From contig JBNZDD010013732.1 in the NCBI GenBank assembly GCA_050575255.1, positions 12,168,172-12,232,171 of the forward strand: DNA of 64,000 nucleotides. Direction: 5' to 3'. Each line of letters begins with the position of its first letter. Positions within the stretch are counted from its first letter, which is position 1. Of this stretch, positions 62,756 through 64,000 are shown in pieces. The position numbers and the translations under genes are program-made. The notes beneath the pieces are model-generated. The model saw only the letters and a list, made by a program, of their open reading frames with translations. It was not told where the DNA came from and searched no databases. This DNA is from Harriotta raleighana (lineage: Eukaryota).

Positions 62756-64000
62756 TATTATGCATTTTGAAGGCACATATTTTCTTTCCACTTCCCCCTT
62801 TTGGGTAGTCCAATACCCAGCAGTATAATTTACATTCATCCTGTGGGACATCTCAAACTGCTTTACATTTCCACCAAAGGGGTTTATCACCAGTGTGCTT
62901 CCTTATAAATATCTAACTACACAGTCATTTATTTTTACAGCAGAAATGCTTTGAATTGAAAGTAAGTAAGAACATTAACGGCATTTACTTTATTTCATTT
63001 TAAAGCGAAGCTCAAAATGTTTGTGAAAATAAATGCACAATTCAGCATTTTAGTTCCAAACACGCTCAGCTTCTTTTCCTATCCCTTTCAGCACCTCATG
63101 CTTTGCAATGTTAGTTGAACTGCGCACACATCCTGTGCATTTTCAGGCCCATCTAAACATGGGAATGTTGAGAGCTTGTTTGTAGATCTGGCAACAAACA
63201 TAGTTGGCTCAATCGTTCAAAAATGCTTTACTGGATTCACACCAAAACTGAGATTCCAAGAGGTGCTGTGGAGAGATATCTCTGATGGAAACTGCATGTT
63301 CAGGCACAGCCTTGGATGGGGCAGGTCTGAAGCTAAATTTATTAAAACAATAATAAATTGGTCACTTCAATCCATGACTGTTTGTGCGCAATTGGCTGCC
63401 GTGTTTCGTCCACAACAATAAAATTACATTTATAGACCGCCTTTCCTTTCAGGAGGACGTCCCTACATACACAAATATACTCAATTTACTTTACAGTATA
63501 TTCTGTGAAGGGCTTTGAGACATCTAAAAGACGTGAAAAGCCCTGTATCAAATGCAAGGACTATTATTATTATTAATCATTTGTTCATTGTAAAGGACAC
63601 CTAATTTTTTGAAGAACTCTTTATTCCTTCCTAGTTTGTCTTTTTTTTTAAACAAAAGTGCCTTGGGATGATAAGAATTCTTGAGTTTGATAAAGGGTCT
63701 ATCATCCTGTCAGCATGTCTCAAAGCGATTTACAGGATTTTCTTGAAAAGTGTAGTGACTGTGTGATTGCAGCTGCCAATTTACCCATAAACAAAAATAA
63801 CGCACTTATATAGCATACTCCACATGGGCTAGCGTTTCCCGGGGGTGGGGAAAGGTGACTGTAAGCACAGTTGAAAAGGAAGGTTTTCTGGCACTTGAAA
63901 AAGGGGAGAGAGGGGCAAGGCGGAGGGATTGAGGGAGAGTGTTCCAGAGTTTCGGGGGGGAGTGGCTGAATGTACGACCTCCTCCAATGGTGTAGCAGAA

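Overview
Vertebrate nuclear DNA, very probably from a cartilaginous fish such as a chimaera or elephant shark (inferred from the SINE/LINE content). It covers the conserved TES-CAV2-(CAV1) locus, all on the minus strand. The window holds the last three LIM-domain exons of testin (59455-57204) and a complete 3-exon caveolin-2 gene (9184-5905, 162 aa); the 5' end of CAV1 may lie near base 500. The ~48 kb TES-CAV2 intergenic region is layered with repeats: tRNA/Deu SINEs, older SacSINE1-like SINEs, L2 and CR1 LINE fragments, TA-flanked Tigger-like MITEs, and many highly decayed L1/Tx1-clade ORF2 fossils, one readable from endonuclease to zinc knuckle. The most unusual element is a composite retroposon inside a Tigger-like element. 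It has an initiator-tRNA-like head, tandem Deu domains and an L2 tail. About 20 single-'n' junctions with duplicated flanks are assembly/haplotype artefacts. There are no prokaryotic systems or CRISPR arrays. Repeat-family names come from recalled consensus motifs, not database searches.
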